This document shows, one piece after another, positions 1 to 12,830 of a stretch of DNA of 64,000 nt. Position numbers and translations under genes: made by a program. Numbering within the stretch: position 1 is the first letter of the stretch; the number at the start of each line of letters is the position of its first letter. Under the pieces are notes generated by a model that worked only from the letters and a program-made list of their open reading frames with translations, made no database searches and was not told where the DNA came from. The stretch comes from the human T2T-CHM13v2.0 reference genome, Homo sapiens, in the NCBI RefSeq assembly GCF_009914755.1, contig NC_060928.1; one strand, written 5' to 3'.

Positions 1-918
1 AGGCACAAATGCTGGTTTCTGCTATAGAGTCACCTGTTTGCATTTAGAAAGCTATAGAAGTGTCACTCTCTGTTACGTATGTAACAACTTAATTAAAAAA
101 TAGTTTCCATTATTTTGTTTTTATTGATAGTGAAATGTATAATTTTTATTTTAGTAAGGACATTGTAGTATATCACACACCAAGATATTTTAAATAGAAC
201 AATTTATACATTTTAATTCTATTCTGCTTATGAGGTATAATAATAATCTTAATATGAAGCGTAACAATTCCATCGGAACTTATTAGAATAATTTAGGGGA
301 GTAGTGCTAACCATGTTTAGCCAAATCCTGGAAACTTTCTCTGGTGTAGCATAACATTTTTTTCTGTGATATTATCATTACTACCCTAACAAAAAGAGTA
401 AAATCTTAGGTTTTTTTGTAATGAAGGTATAAATGATCATTTTGAAACAAGGTAAGAGAAATATGGAAAGGTATCTTCCTGAATGTGACCTGCTATTCTC
501 CTAACCAAATGTCAGCCCCACAACTCCTAACTTCAATTTGTGAAGCAGCTTCTGAAGCAGCCAATCAAGGCTGTGAGACCTGAAAAAAATATTCTGGTGT
601 TACCAGGTTCCTGAATGAGAAATCAGGCACTGGGCTTGTTCCTTTCTGGGCCTACAGAGAGCTTGGTGTTCAGCAGTGAGTTTGGTAGCAATCATCAGAA
701 CTGCATGGAGTCTGCAGAGAGCTTGGTGCTCTGACATCCCTCGGTCCCTGAGAGGAAAGAGGGTAGCTCCAGCCTGGATCCATGTTCCTGGGAGGACCTT
801 GTGGTCTCCTGGGCTTAGTGTGGCTGCTGAAAATTTGAATCTGTAACTGAATCTTCTCTATTCCTGAGGCTGATGGATAATATTTACCTGCCCCCGAAGA
901 GAACTGGGAACTGGAAAG

Positions 919-1348
919 TGTCAAAGAACATGCTTTCAAGAAATTGAGTTTAAAGATTGCATTGGCTTTTATTAGTAATTCCTGAATTGGGCAGCATCTC
1001 ATTTATAAATCAAAAATGTACTCCAATAAGCTGAGCAGTGGAAGTGGGCTTTATCAGCAGAAAGAGGCTAAGAATCAGAAATAGGGAACAAAAAGAAAAC
1101 TGTTCCAGAGTTACTTGTTTTTACAGGGTTAAAGTAGAAGGAACATTCTTGTCATGCAGCTTAGAAAGACAGGGCCTTTTATAATTGGTTGCTGTGAATT
1201 TCCTGTTTTTGAAAAACTAGCTCAGTTTAAAGTTCAGTTGGACTACATGGTACCTAGCACAAGTAAATCCATTGTTTGTTCTGGTTCACTGGGTCTTAGT
1301 GCAGAAGCTCATTCCAATATAATGACCTCCCTCAAAATTTATTTAACA
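919..1348 (-). mobile_element. MER31-family ERV1 solo LTR
   Basis: The minus strand reads TGTTAAATAAATTTTGAGGGAGGTCATTATATTGGAATGAGCTTCTGCACTAAG...GAGATGCTGCCCAATTCAGGAATTACTAATAAAAGCCAATG...TTTGACA. It has TG...CA termini and an AATAAA, and matches the recalled MER31 consensus. Confidence 0.8.
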
Positions 1349-1349
1349 G

Positions 1350-2410
1350 AGGAAAGGTTTGTTGCTAGTGTACAGAGTAATCTCAGGCTTACTGTAATTT
1401 CAGAAGAAGCCAAACATAAATCCAAATATACATTAGAAATAAGTAAAGAAAAATAATAATTCTACTGGAAGTACTCAGCAACTTGAAGGAGAAACAATAA
1501 GCAAAACATCCAGTTCCTGGTGAAATAGACTTGCTGGACAGGGCAGGCTTTAAGCCGATAAATAAGTGAATAAACAATTTTAGTGGATTTGATTACAGCA
1601 ACCAAAGCTATTGGGAAACAAAATACTCTGTGAATTTTGAATATTGAAATTTTAGAGAGAGCAAATAGGAAAAGAAATGGAATTTCTGAATACAAAAATA
1701 TGAGATTTGTAAAGTGGATCTGTAAGAAAAAAGAAAATAATAGGAAAACTTGAAAAGTTAAAAATTGGAGAAGAAAATCTCTTGTCTTAAGCAGAATTGA
1801 TGCTTATCCTGATAAAATTTATTAAGTCTATAATTATAATGATAATGTCATCAACTTCCAGATTAAAGAAAGCTTCTTAAAGGGAAATGAAGAGTTAGTT
1901 TGGCATAGGTGTCTTATCAACAACACTGGAAGCAAGAATACTGTGGGAGAGAATTGCTGCCACTCAAAAATTCTATTTCCAGCTGAGATATCATTTAACA
2001 GCCAGAATGAAGGAGATATAGATTTACTTTGGGAGGAATTTAGAGACTGCATCACCCATCAAGGAAAATACCAAAATGAGGTTTATAATCAGTAAATCAA
2101 AAGACACTTTAATATGGGACTGATGAAGCAGAGAGGAAATACTGGTGAATGATAAATATATAAGGATCGTGATAAATGACTGGAATGGTGTAATATAATG
2201 TTACATGAGGATGCTTGATGTAGAGAAGACATAGTGCAAGGAAAATACCAATTGAAATTAAAAGTAGAAACATCTCAACAAAAGTATAATCTGGTGGGTG
2301 GCAGAAATGGAGCATTGAAAGCATTAAAAGGGAATCAAGAGAACAGAGCCTTTGGTGATGCAAAGTATAGGATATTTTATATTTATATAATAATACTGAT
2401 ATATTCATTA
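1350..2410 (+). mobile_element. Very old HAL1/L1M ORF1-type LINE remnant
   Basis: A-rich strand with degenerate ORF1p C-terminal motifs: LSTTLEAR at 1914-1937 and KILFPAEISF at 1967-1996 (compare L1 ORF1p RILYPAKLSF). Confidence 0.6.
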
Positions 2411-2675
2411 ATCCTAGAGGCGTTTTTTGGGTGTGCACTATGTGCCAGACATTTCAGTTATGTTATTGACAAAACATTGAAGATGCTTGTTTTTGGTATA
2501 TGTGCATTTGATGATGATATATAGAAAAGCAATGGAATTGCAAAGAACAGAAGAAATCCCATATTTCCCTGGGAGATAGGGAAAATGAATAATAGTTTGA
2601 TCAACTAGCAAAATTAAGAAAACGGAAAAAGGGGGAAAATTAGCAGTATAAAACAGAAAAAATGAAATCTTCATT

Positions 2676-2800
2676 ATAATTTATTTATTTTTTTAGAGAC
2701 GAGGTCTGTTTCCAAGACTTGAGTGCAGTAGCTATTCACAGGCACTATACCATCGCACTACAGCCTTGATCTCCTGGGCTTAAGTCTTCCTCCTTCCTTT
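2676..2800 (-). mobile_element. FAM (fossil Alu monomer, 7SL-derived) fragment
   Basis: The minus strand reads AAGCCCAGGAGATCAAGGCTGTAGTGCG...GCCTGTGAATAGCTACTGCACTC...GACCTCGTCTCT plus an A tail. CCTGTGAATAG is the 7SL/FAM signature absent from dimeric Alu. Confidence 0.75.
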
Positions 2801-2839
2801 AGACTGACTATGAAGATGAGGAATTCTTATATTAAAAAT

Positions 2840-2960
2840 ACTGGTTATATTCCATTTTCTGTGGTTATGGTTACATGAATGTGCTTACTTTGTGTAATTT
2901 ACAGAGATGTATAGTTATAATTTGCCACTTTATACTTCTTTAGCAGTTAATTTAAAAACA
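2840..2960 (+). mobile_element. Old L1M 3' end fragment
   Basis: GGTTACATGAATGTGCTTACTTTGTGTAATTTACAGAGATGTATAGTTA resembles L1MD/ME 3' termini. Confidence 0.45.
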
Positions 2961-4106
2961 CACAAATAGACATTTTTAATGGTTGCACAATTTTGTATCT
3001 TACTTTTCAATTTTTTATTGTTAAATATTTAGGTTTGTATACAGGTGTCTGTGTGTCCATATGCATGCCATGGACATCTTTGCCCAGAAATCTTGAGAAA
3101 ATCTTTATTTCCTAAAGCACAAATTGATTTGAGTCTAGGATGAAAATTTAATTGAATGATCAAATAAAAATAAGAGGTCTGTTTACTATATCAAAGGTCA
3201 CTTTTCAGAGGTTCTTGAGCTTATTCAGAACATGACAACAAATATATCTCCTTTTAAACAGTGAGAAATGAAACAAGGACAGCAACATCTTGAAGGAGCT
3301 GTTAGTTGCTGCAGATCCATGGAAACAATCACCCACACACAAAAACCCATCAAGCAGGGAACACTTGACAGAAATGACAAAGTAGGTTTTCACCAGAGAA
3401 AGCCTGCAGAAATCTACATGAAAACCTGTCTTCCAAAAGGATCATTATGTTAAAAAAAAGTAGATGAATGTGTGGCATCCTAACATTCTCTCTTTGGGTA
3501 TCTCTTGAAGATGCAAATCAAATTATTTTATCACAAATGAATACATGTCATGTACAAGGGAAGTCATGAGTGCAGGCTGACAGGAATGTTCTTTTAAAGC
3601 AACTACAACTATTTCTCCATTTCCAGTTGAATAGAGAACAGAACCTGGTGAAAATCCTAACAATTTCTGTCCGGATAAATGGATTTTTTAAATGCCGGAA
3701 CCAAAACTATATACTTGCAAAAACCGTTCACTAAAATGGTCAATAATTAAGCCTTGTGATGTATTAACAATTTTCATAATTTCCTCTAGTCCCATTCAAA
3801 GCTTTTTGAGGGACTGTCATTTGTTGCTATTTTAAAATAAACCTAAAGGGAAAATGTTTTTGAAGTGCAAAATATTTCTTTAAAACCTTCTCACCAGCTG
3901 GGTGATTTCATACTCTAGACTAGGGCACAGAATTGTCAATAAACTTTTTGAGAGTTAATATATGGAAATAGAGAAGGGATCAATTGCTACAGAGCTACTT
4001 CTTTAGTAGTCAGCAGATACAGTTCTCAGCCAGATCTCTCTCCTGAGCTTCAGATATGCACATCAAATCTCTTATTAGACTTCTTCACAGCCACCTCAAA
4101 TTAAAC

Positions 4107-4683
<577 letters not shown>

Positions 4684-4736
4684 TAAAGATGATAATTTTC
4701 CTGCGTTCTCTATATCCATGCTGTCTTCCACATTAG

Positions 4737-5114
<378 letters not shown>

Positions 5115-6254
5115 TTGTGTGTATGTATTTTTATGAACACTATAACATCCATAGCAGAAATACTCAGTTAAGACTTATATGAAATAAGAAAACACCTATT
5201 TCTTTGTTGTCATTGAACAGATCAATCTCTCACTAGACAGATGAAGCAAAAGGGAAATACTGGTGACCAGCAAATATATGTGGATCATCATGAGTGCTCA
5301 AAAGGATATAATAAAATGTTCATGAAGATGTTTATGTGGGTGGAATATAATTGAAGAAAAAACATAATAATTGAAGTTAAAAGTATAAAGTTATCTCAGC
5401 AAAGCATCATCTGGTGGGTAGCAGAAAGAGGAAAGCAAAACCATTCAAAAAGAGAATCAGTAGAAGAGAGGCTTTTAGTGAGGCAAAATTTTGTTATTTT
5501 GCCTTTATATCCTATGATAAGCTTTTACAATATTTCGTTAAGCCCCAACAGCCTTAATTATATCTTTCAAATGCAGTTTATCTATTCTCATTGAATTAAT
5601 TAATTTCCCTCTCATTAGACAGGTTCACTGTGTTGCAGAGTTCCAAGGAAACCAAGCACATCAAATTCTAAGTCAATGATTCCCCTTGGAGGTGCAGCAC
5701 ATGTAGCATGCAGAGGCAAAGACATAGTCCTTACAGTTTGCTCAGATCTTAATTTTCTCTCAACCAGATCATTGTGTAACTCTCTCAAATAAAGCCTGCG
5801 CTTCCGGCCTTGCCTAATTCTATCTATATTACATATTATAGCCAGAATTTTTTTAAATTTATGAGATATAGCATATATACACATAAAACATACGTATAAT
5901 ATAAATAATAATTAAGAATAGATAAATACAAATAAGAATAATTAGAAAGAAAACATCATAGAAACCACCACCCATGTCAAGAAATGAAACATAGCCAGCT
6001 CTTCACTGTGCCCCATTGCCTCATGATTCTATTTTCCTTCTTCTCAAGATAGCGTTATCCTGACACTTTTGATAATATCATCCATGCTAGATATTTATGG
6101 CTTACTCCCCATGTCTTCATTTCTAAGCAACATGAATACGTCTTTCATTTTTAAGTAATCTTGTTTAGTTTTGCTTGTTTTTAAACTTATTTTTAAATTT
6201 TTCTTAAATTTTCAGATATAGTCATATCAAGTTACTCATGAGATCTTACTTTTA

Positions 6255-6770
6255 TATATTCATTTTAAATTTTTAAATATTTTACGGTTACATAATAGTT
6301 GTACATATTTATAGGGTACATGTGAAATATTGATACATACATACAATGTGTAATCACTAAATTAGAATGTTTGGGATAGGCATCCCCTCAAGCATTTATC
6401 ATTTTTGTGTTAGGAACATTCTAAATGCAATATTATAGCTATTTTGAAATATACAATAAATTATTGTTAACTGTAGTTGCCCCATTGTGCTACTGAACTC
6501 AGGATATTATTTATTCTAAGTATATTTGTATCCGTTAACCAAGCTCTCTTAATTCCCTCCTCCCCACTACCCTTTCCAGCCTATGATAACCATAATTCTA
6601 TTCTCTATCTCTATGTGATCAATTATTTTTAGCTTCCACATGTGAGTGAGAACATTCCTTGCTTATTTCACTTAATGTCCTTCAGTTCCATCCATGTTGT
6701 TGTAAATGGCAGATTTTCATTCTTTTTATGGCAGAATAATATTCCATTGTGTATATGTATCACATTTCCT
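6255..6770 (-). mobile_element. L1MA-type 3' end
   Basis: TTGTACATATTTATAGGGTACATGTGAAATATTGATACAT...CAGTTCCATCCATGTTGTTGTAAATGGCAGATTTTCATTCTTTTTATGGC is a classic L1MA 3' UTR in antisense. Confidence 0.85.
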
Positions 6771-6959
6771 CTTGTTAATTTGTAAGTATCAGTATCACTG
6801 TCCTATTTTACATTCCTGTTATAAATATTCTGTGCTCTGATGCATTTATTCATTCTTCCCTGATTTTTTTTAGTTTATATTTTCTTGCATGAAGTTACAT
6901 TTTAATTGTTATTGTTGATGTTCTCTAGTTCGTATTTAGTTTCCCTTTTCATTCTTTTT

Positions 6960-9900
6960 AAAATAAACTTTTTTTAAGGATCGTGTTAGATTTACAGATT
7001 TATTATGAAGATAGTACAGAAAGTTCTCCTGTATCCTATACCCAGTTTCCCTGTTATTAACATGTTATAGTACTATGGCACATTCATCACAACAATCCCG
7101 TATTGATACATTATTATTAACTAAGTCCATACTTTATTCACATTTGCTCAGTTTTTCCTAATGTCCTTTTTCTGTTTCAGGATCTCAACCGAGATACCAC
7201 ATTATATTTAGTAGTCATGTTTTCTTAAGCTCTTCTTGGTGGTGACCATTTCTCCGATTTCCCTTGATTTGATGACCTTAACAGATTTCATGATTATTGA
7301 CCAAATATTTTATCAAATGTCCTTCAAATGAGATTTTGCTGACTTTTAAATGATTATATTGGGGTAATGTGTTCTTGTGTGAGAGGCCGCAGAGGTACAG
7401 TGTCATTCTCATCACAACATATCTGCGGTATCCATATTATCAATATGACTTATTACTGTTGATGTTAACTTTCAGGTTGTGTTTGTGAGGTTCCCTTTTT
7501 TCTATACTGTACTTTCTGGAAGAAAGTCACTATCCGCGGTCCTCACTTTAGAAGTCGGAAGTTATGTTGTAATTCTTAAAGGTAGAATATCTGCATAAAT
7601 TATTTGGAATTCTTTCTCATGGAGACTTGTCTCTTCTCTCCATTTATTTGTATAAGTGTATCAATCACTTATTTGTATCAGTATTAATTCATGGATATTT
7701 GCTTTATGCATAGAGTTAGCCTCAAGGGAAACACTATATCAATAGAGTACAGAAATTATGTACAGTTCTTTTTGCCTTTAGGGTTATATAGACTCCACTC
7801 ATTTCCAAAGTTACTTAGGCCATCAACTTAGTCTTTCATCCACTTCAGTGAAGTTGTTTTATAAATTTCTAATACATTTAGATTATTTTGTCCTATTCTG
7901 CATTTTATTCTACAATCCCCTAATCTGTTAAAAATTATTTCTTAAAATTTGCATTTATTAAGGTTTATTCTTCATGCTTTCATTTCAATGGGTTTGACAA
8001 ATGTCTAACGTCTTTTATTCATAATATCACATAAAATAGTTTCACTGTTCTAAAATGTCTATGTGCTTCACCTATCTAACCCTACTCTGACTGCATATTG
8101 AATCCCTGGTAACCACTAATCTGTTCTCTGTCTTTGTAGTTCGCCTTTTCCAGAATATAATTGACATCATATACTATGTAGCTTTGTTAGACTGGTTTAT
8201 TTCATAGCAATGTGTATTATAGATTTGTCTGTGTCTTTTCATGGCTTTATAGCGTATTTCTCTTTAATGTCGATAATATTCCATTATACAGAATGCAACA
8301 AATTTTGTTTTTCTATTCAACTTTTGAAGGATGCTTTGGTTACTTCCATATTTGGGTGATTACAAGTGAAGCTTTTATAAACATTTGTGTGCAGATTCAT
8401 GTTCAGCTTTTCAAATCAGTTGGGTAAAAGCCTAGGAGTGTGATTGCTAGATCATATGGTAAGACTATGTCAACTTTTATAATAAATTGCCAAGCCACCT
8501 TCCAAAGTTGCTGTACCATTCTTCTTTCTTATCATCAATTAATATATACTCTAGTATTTTGTAACCTAGCTAGCAGTTCGCAGTGTTAGAGTTTTTAGCT
8601 GCCATAATAAGGTACTCATCATTGTTTTAATTTGCAATTTCCTAATGACATATGATAGTATGCATCTTTTCATATGCTATTTACGATATGTGTATCTTCA
8701 TTGATGAAATCTGTGTTCAGATCTTTGTCCATTTTTAAATTAGATTTGCTTGTTTACTTATTGGTGAGTTTTAAGGGTTATTTTTATATTTTGGATAAAA
8801 GTCCTTTATCAGTTATATGCTTTGCATATATTTGTACCTAGTCTATGACTGATATATTCATTCTCTTAATAGGGTCTTTGTTAGAGCAAAGTTTTTAATT
8901 TTAATAAAACTAAAATTATCAGATTTTTCCCCTGAATTTTACTTTTGATATTTTATTTGGAAAAGGCATCACTAAACTCAAGGTCCTGTACATGTTCTTT
9001 TATTCTTTTATGTTTTTCAAGAAGTTTTGTAGTTGTACATTTTGCATTTATTTCAGGATTCATTTTGAATTAATTTTTATGTAAGGTGTAAAGTCTGGAT
9101 GAAGTTCATTAGTTTGCATACTGACATCGAAATTTTCCAGCACCGTTTGTTGAAAAGACTACCCTTCCTCTTTTCACCTTTGCTCCTTTGTAAAATATTA
9201 ATTACATATTTATACAATGTTAATTTGTGAGGGCTATCACAGCAAGGTACCCCAGACTAGGTGGCTTAAACAATGTAAATACATTTCTTCACAGTTCTGG
9301 AGGCTGCAAGTCCAAGATCAAGCTGTTAGCAGGGTTGGTTTCTTCTGAGGGCCATGGGGGAAGTATGTATTTCAGGCCTCCCTCCTTGGTTTGAGGATGG
9401 CCATCTTACTCCAGTGTTTTCATGTCAACTTCTCTCTGCTCATGTCTGGTCCAAATTTCCTCTTTTTAGAAGGATGCCTGTCATACTGAATTAAGGCCCA
9501 CCCTAATGACCTCATTTTAACTTAATTACCTCTGTAAGGACTCTGACTCCAAATACAGTCACGTTCTGAGGAAATAGGGATTAATACGTCACTGTGGGAA
9601 TTTGGGGAAGCACAATTTAACTCATAAAAACTATATTTGTGTAGATATATTCACAGGCTTTCTATTCTGTGCCATTGATCTATATGTCTGATCTTTCACC
9701 AATACCATGCTGTCTTGATTATTGTAGCCTTATAGTAAGTCTTGAAATTTGGTAATGTGAGTTCTCATACTATGTTGCTCTTTTTCAATATTTTATTGGC
9801 TACTTTATGTCTTTTCCTGCCTATATAAACTTAAGAATCAATTTTTCAGTATCTCTGAAATAGCTTGCTAAGATTTTGATTGAGGTCTTTTCAAATTTGT

Positions 9901-10580
9901 GGATCAAATTGAGAAGAATGGACATATTAACAAATTTGAGTCTTCCAATCCATACACAAGGAGAAGGACTATCTCTTCACATTCTTTATTTTTTCATACA
10001 TAGTTATTAATATATAGGTATGGTACATATTTTGTTAAATTTATACTTACTACATAATTTTAGGGGTGTCATTGTAAATTAAATTGCTTTTCATATGTCA
10101 AATTCCAATTGTTCATTGCTTGTATATGGGAACGCAATTATTACAATATTACAAAGTAACATTACAATACTAACCTTGTGTCATGTGACCTTAATAAACT
10201 CATTATTTCTTCCAGGAAATACTTTTCTTTCCTTTCTGTCAATTCTTTGGGATTTTCTTAATCAACAATAATTTCTTCTTTGAATAAAAACTTTATTTTT
10301 TCTTTCCCAATCCATACACTTTTTATACCTTTTTTGTTTGTCTTACTGTATCATCTAAGATTTCCAATATGATATTGAATAAGAGTGCTGAAAGAAGACA
10401 TCCTTGCATTGTTCCTACTCCTAAAGGGAGCATTTAATTTCTCACCATCAAGTATGATGTGATGTTAGCTGTAGGTTTTCTGTAGATGTTCTTTACCAAA
10501 TTGAGGATGTCCCCTATATTCCTATTTTCTGGGAGTTTATCATCATTAATACATATTGGATTTTTGTCAGATGATTTTCA
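6960..10580 (-). mobile_element. Old L1 (L1MC/MD-type) 3' UTR plus ORF2 remnant, interrupted by MLT1
   Basis: L1MD-like 3' end (TACCCAGTTTCCCTGTTATTAACAT...) is followed by antisense ORF2 tracts (CCAGCACCGTTTGTTGAAAAGACT; ATACCATGCTGTCTTGATTATTGTAGC; ACATCCTTGCATTGTTCCT). Confidence 0.8.
9212..9630 (-). mobile_element. MLT1 (MaLR; MLT1B/C-like) solo LTR
   Basis: GGTGGCTTAAACAA...CACAGTTCTGGAGGCTGCAAGTCCAAGATCAAG...CCCTAATGACCTCATTTTAACTTAATTACCTCTGTAAGG...CCAAATACAGTCAC matches MLT1. L1 sequence resumes on both sides. Confidence 0.88.
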
Positions 10581-10954
10581 TCTCCAAAAATCACTAGGTA
10601 CTAGAACTTGAACCCAAAACACTGCATGGAGATTTTAGAATGGTGGAATCTATACAGTTTTACCAGGTCTTTAGATTTTGTATTGTATTCTGCTGAATTC
10701 CTGATTTTCCAGCTCAGCTAATTGATATCTCTTTTTAAGTTAAAAACCCTCGTGATTTTATAGAAGAAATAAACATAGAAAAGGAAAAATTCCACAAAGC
10801 TGATTTAATCATTTCGTTATACGATTTTGAAAATAGCACAATGATTTTATTACTTGTATGTTTTGTACACCTGGATATTACTTGTGTGTTTTGTCCACCT
10901 GGAAGTCAGAAGATTCGAGATTTGGAACCAATCTAGAATTTCTCTTGATTTTTC

Positions 10955-11178
10955 TGCATCCTCTAACTCTTGGGCTCAAGCGATCCTCCTGCCTTGGCCT
11001 CTCAAGTAACTGGGACTACAGGTGTGCACCACGATACCTGGGTAATTGCTGAATATTTTGTAGAGATGGGATCTCACTATGTTGCCCAGCTGGTCTCAAA
11101 CTCGTGGCTTCAAGCCATACCTCCATTTCAGCCTCCCAAAGTTCTGGGATTACAGGTGTCAGCCACAATGCCTGGTTC
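10955..11178 (-). mobile_element. AluJ, lacking 3' end and tail
   Basis: J diagnostics GGGCTCAAGCGATCCTCCTGCC and TCTCACTATGTTGCCCAG. Highly diverged. Confidence 0.85.
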
Positions 11179-11679
11179 CCGCTTATTCCTTTGTTATTTC
11201 CTTCCTTTATTTCTTTTTTACACAGATTCTCACGAAGGCTTACAATGTGCCATTTCCCCATGAATATTTTGGAATACACTTCCTACACAGAGAGTTTTAA
11301 AACTCATCCAAACAGTTGAGGATACTCTCAAGGAATTATAGCAAAATGTAAATATCAATGAACAATTCTCCTTCAGCTTGAACTTCTGCATCTGATTTTT
11401 TTTTCTCATTATTCTGTTATATCTCTTTTCCACTAGCTTTGTTCGACAAATAGACTCATTAACATCAGTTAATGCCAGGTGTCATTCTACAGGAATAAGA
11501 CTAGTTTGTGGAATTCTAAGTAGTGTTCTAATATAGGAAAATGTTCTATGTAGAAGACAAAGATAAAAATGATCTATTAGATTTTTAATTTAAATCCTAA
11601 CAGTAAGATAGTCCATGTAACAGAAATTAGCTATGGAATAATACCGAGACTCTTCTTCCTAATCATACTCTTCTATGAT

Positions 11680-11845
11680 CCAATTCTCTCTCTCTCTGAA
11701 GAATTGTAGTATAGTTTGTCTCCAGTGTTTTGAAATTTTATGAGGGGTATGCCTTGATAAATGGATGTTTTCATCTACTGTGCTAGACAATCAGTGGGTT
11801 TTTGAATCTGGAAACTCTTGCCTTTCAAATGTGGAAATTTTTCTT

Positions 11846-11885
<40 letters not shown>

Positions 11886-12830
11886 CATTTCTGTTTCTGG
11901 AGCACTATATTCAGAATTTGTTATTCTACTAGCTCATTCTTCAAGTGAAACTCTCCTCTATTTTCCAAAAACAAAAAGTGTTTTTGCTTTACTTTCTGAA
12001 AGATTTTTCAAATTTATCTTTTTCTCTTTTCATTTGAATTTGTCATCTCTGTTTTCATTTTTATATTTTAATTTCTAAGAGGACTTTTAGTTTTCTGAGT
12101 TTTTAAAAATTTGTAAATTTGTATTCCATTCTTGTTTCAATGAAGGAAAATCTCTCTGTCTCATTCATTAATTAGTGATAGTTTTTTTTTAATTACTTCA
12201 ACCTGTATAACCTTTCTCCTCAAATTGCTGTTCTTATATTTGTTTATTTTGGTCTCTTTTATAAAAGAGGTTTTTCTGAAATGTCTGGTTATCATGGTGC
12301 TCTGTTCATATTTATGAATAGGCATTAAGTAACTTATTAGAATTCTGTACACATGAGTGCCACTGGTTAACCATGGACTTTACTACAGCTGATCAGATTT
12401 CTCAGGGAAGAATATTCCAGGTTCAAAATGATCTGTCCGTTTCTGGGAGCTGAGTGGATTACCATGGGGCATGTAGACTCTCACTTCCCCTCTTTCCAGT
12501 GTGACATCCCCATGCTGCCTGGTGTCTTCCAATACAGAGCCACTGTGCTTTACTTTCTTCCTTGTTTTCTGTTTGGTAAGATGGAACATTTCACTCTGCC
12601 ACAAAGATTCTAGTGATATGGGGATCTACTTGTTTCTTTGAATCTAGTGTTAAGGGGACGTAACTGCTTCTTAGAAGACTTTCAACAACCCTATTGTTTT
12701 AATCCAAACTTTCATGCTCATTTTCAGCCTTCCACAAATTTTGAGGTTCCATATGGCTCTGTAGTGCTCTATACTATTTTATTCCTTCAGTTTTCTTTCA
12801 GTGTTCTAAGGCCTAGGTTGATTACAGGTC
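11680..12830 (-). mobile_element. Old HAL1/L1M ORF1 and 5' region remnant
   Basis: T-rich antisense tract with GTGTTTTGAAATTTTATGA...GAATCTGGAAACTCTTGCCTTTCAAATGTGGAAATTTTTCTT, typical of HAL1/L1M ORF1. Confidence 0.5.
11852..11883. repeat. (GT)n microsatellite
   Basis: About 16 uninterrupted GT units. Confidence 0.95.

Noticed and set aside
500-918. Possible MER31 internal sequence, and the CAGAGAGCTTGGTG direct repeat (about 655 and 716)
   Set aside because: There is no recognisable PBS next to the LTR. It may be the 5' part of the HAL1/L1M element, but I cannot assign it.
670-1456. 110-aa and 100-aa ORFs
   Set aside because: They overlap the MER31 LTR and adjacent old repeat, with no recognisable domain.
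2676-2800. 7SL RNA gene or pseudogene
   Set aside because: It lacks the 7SL S domain, and the structure fits a FAM monomer.
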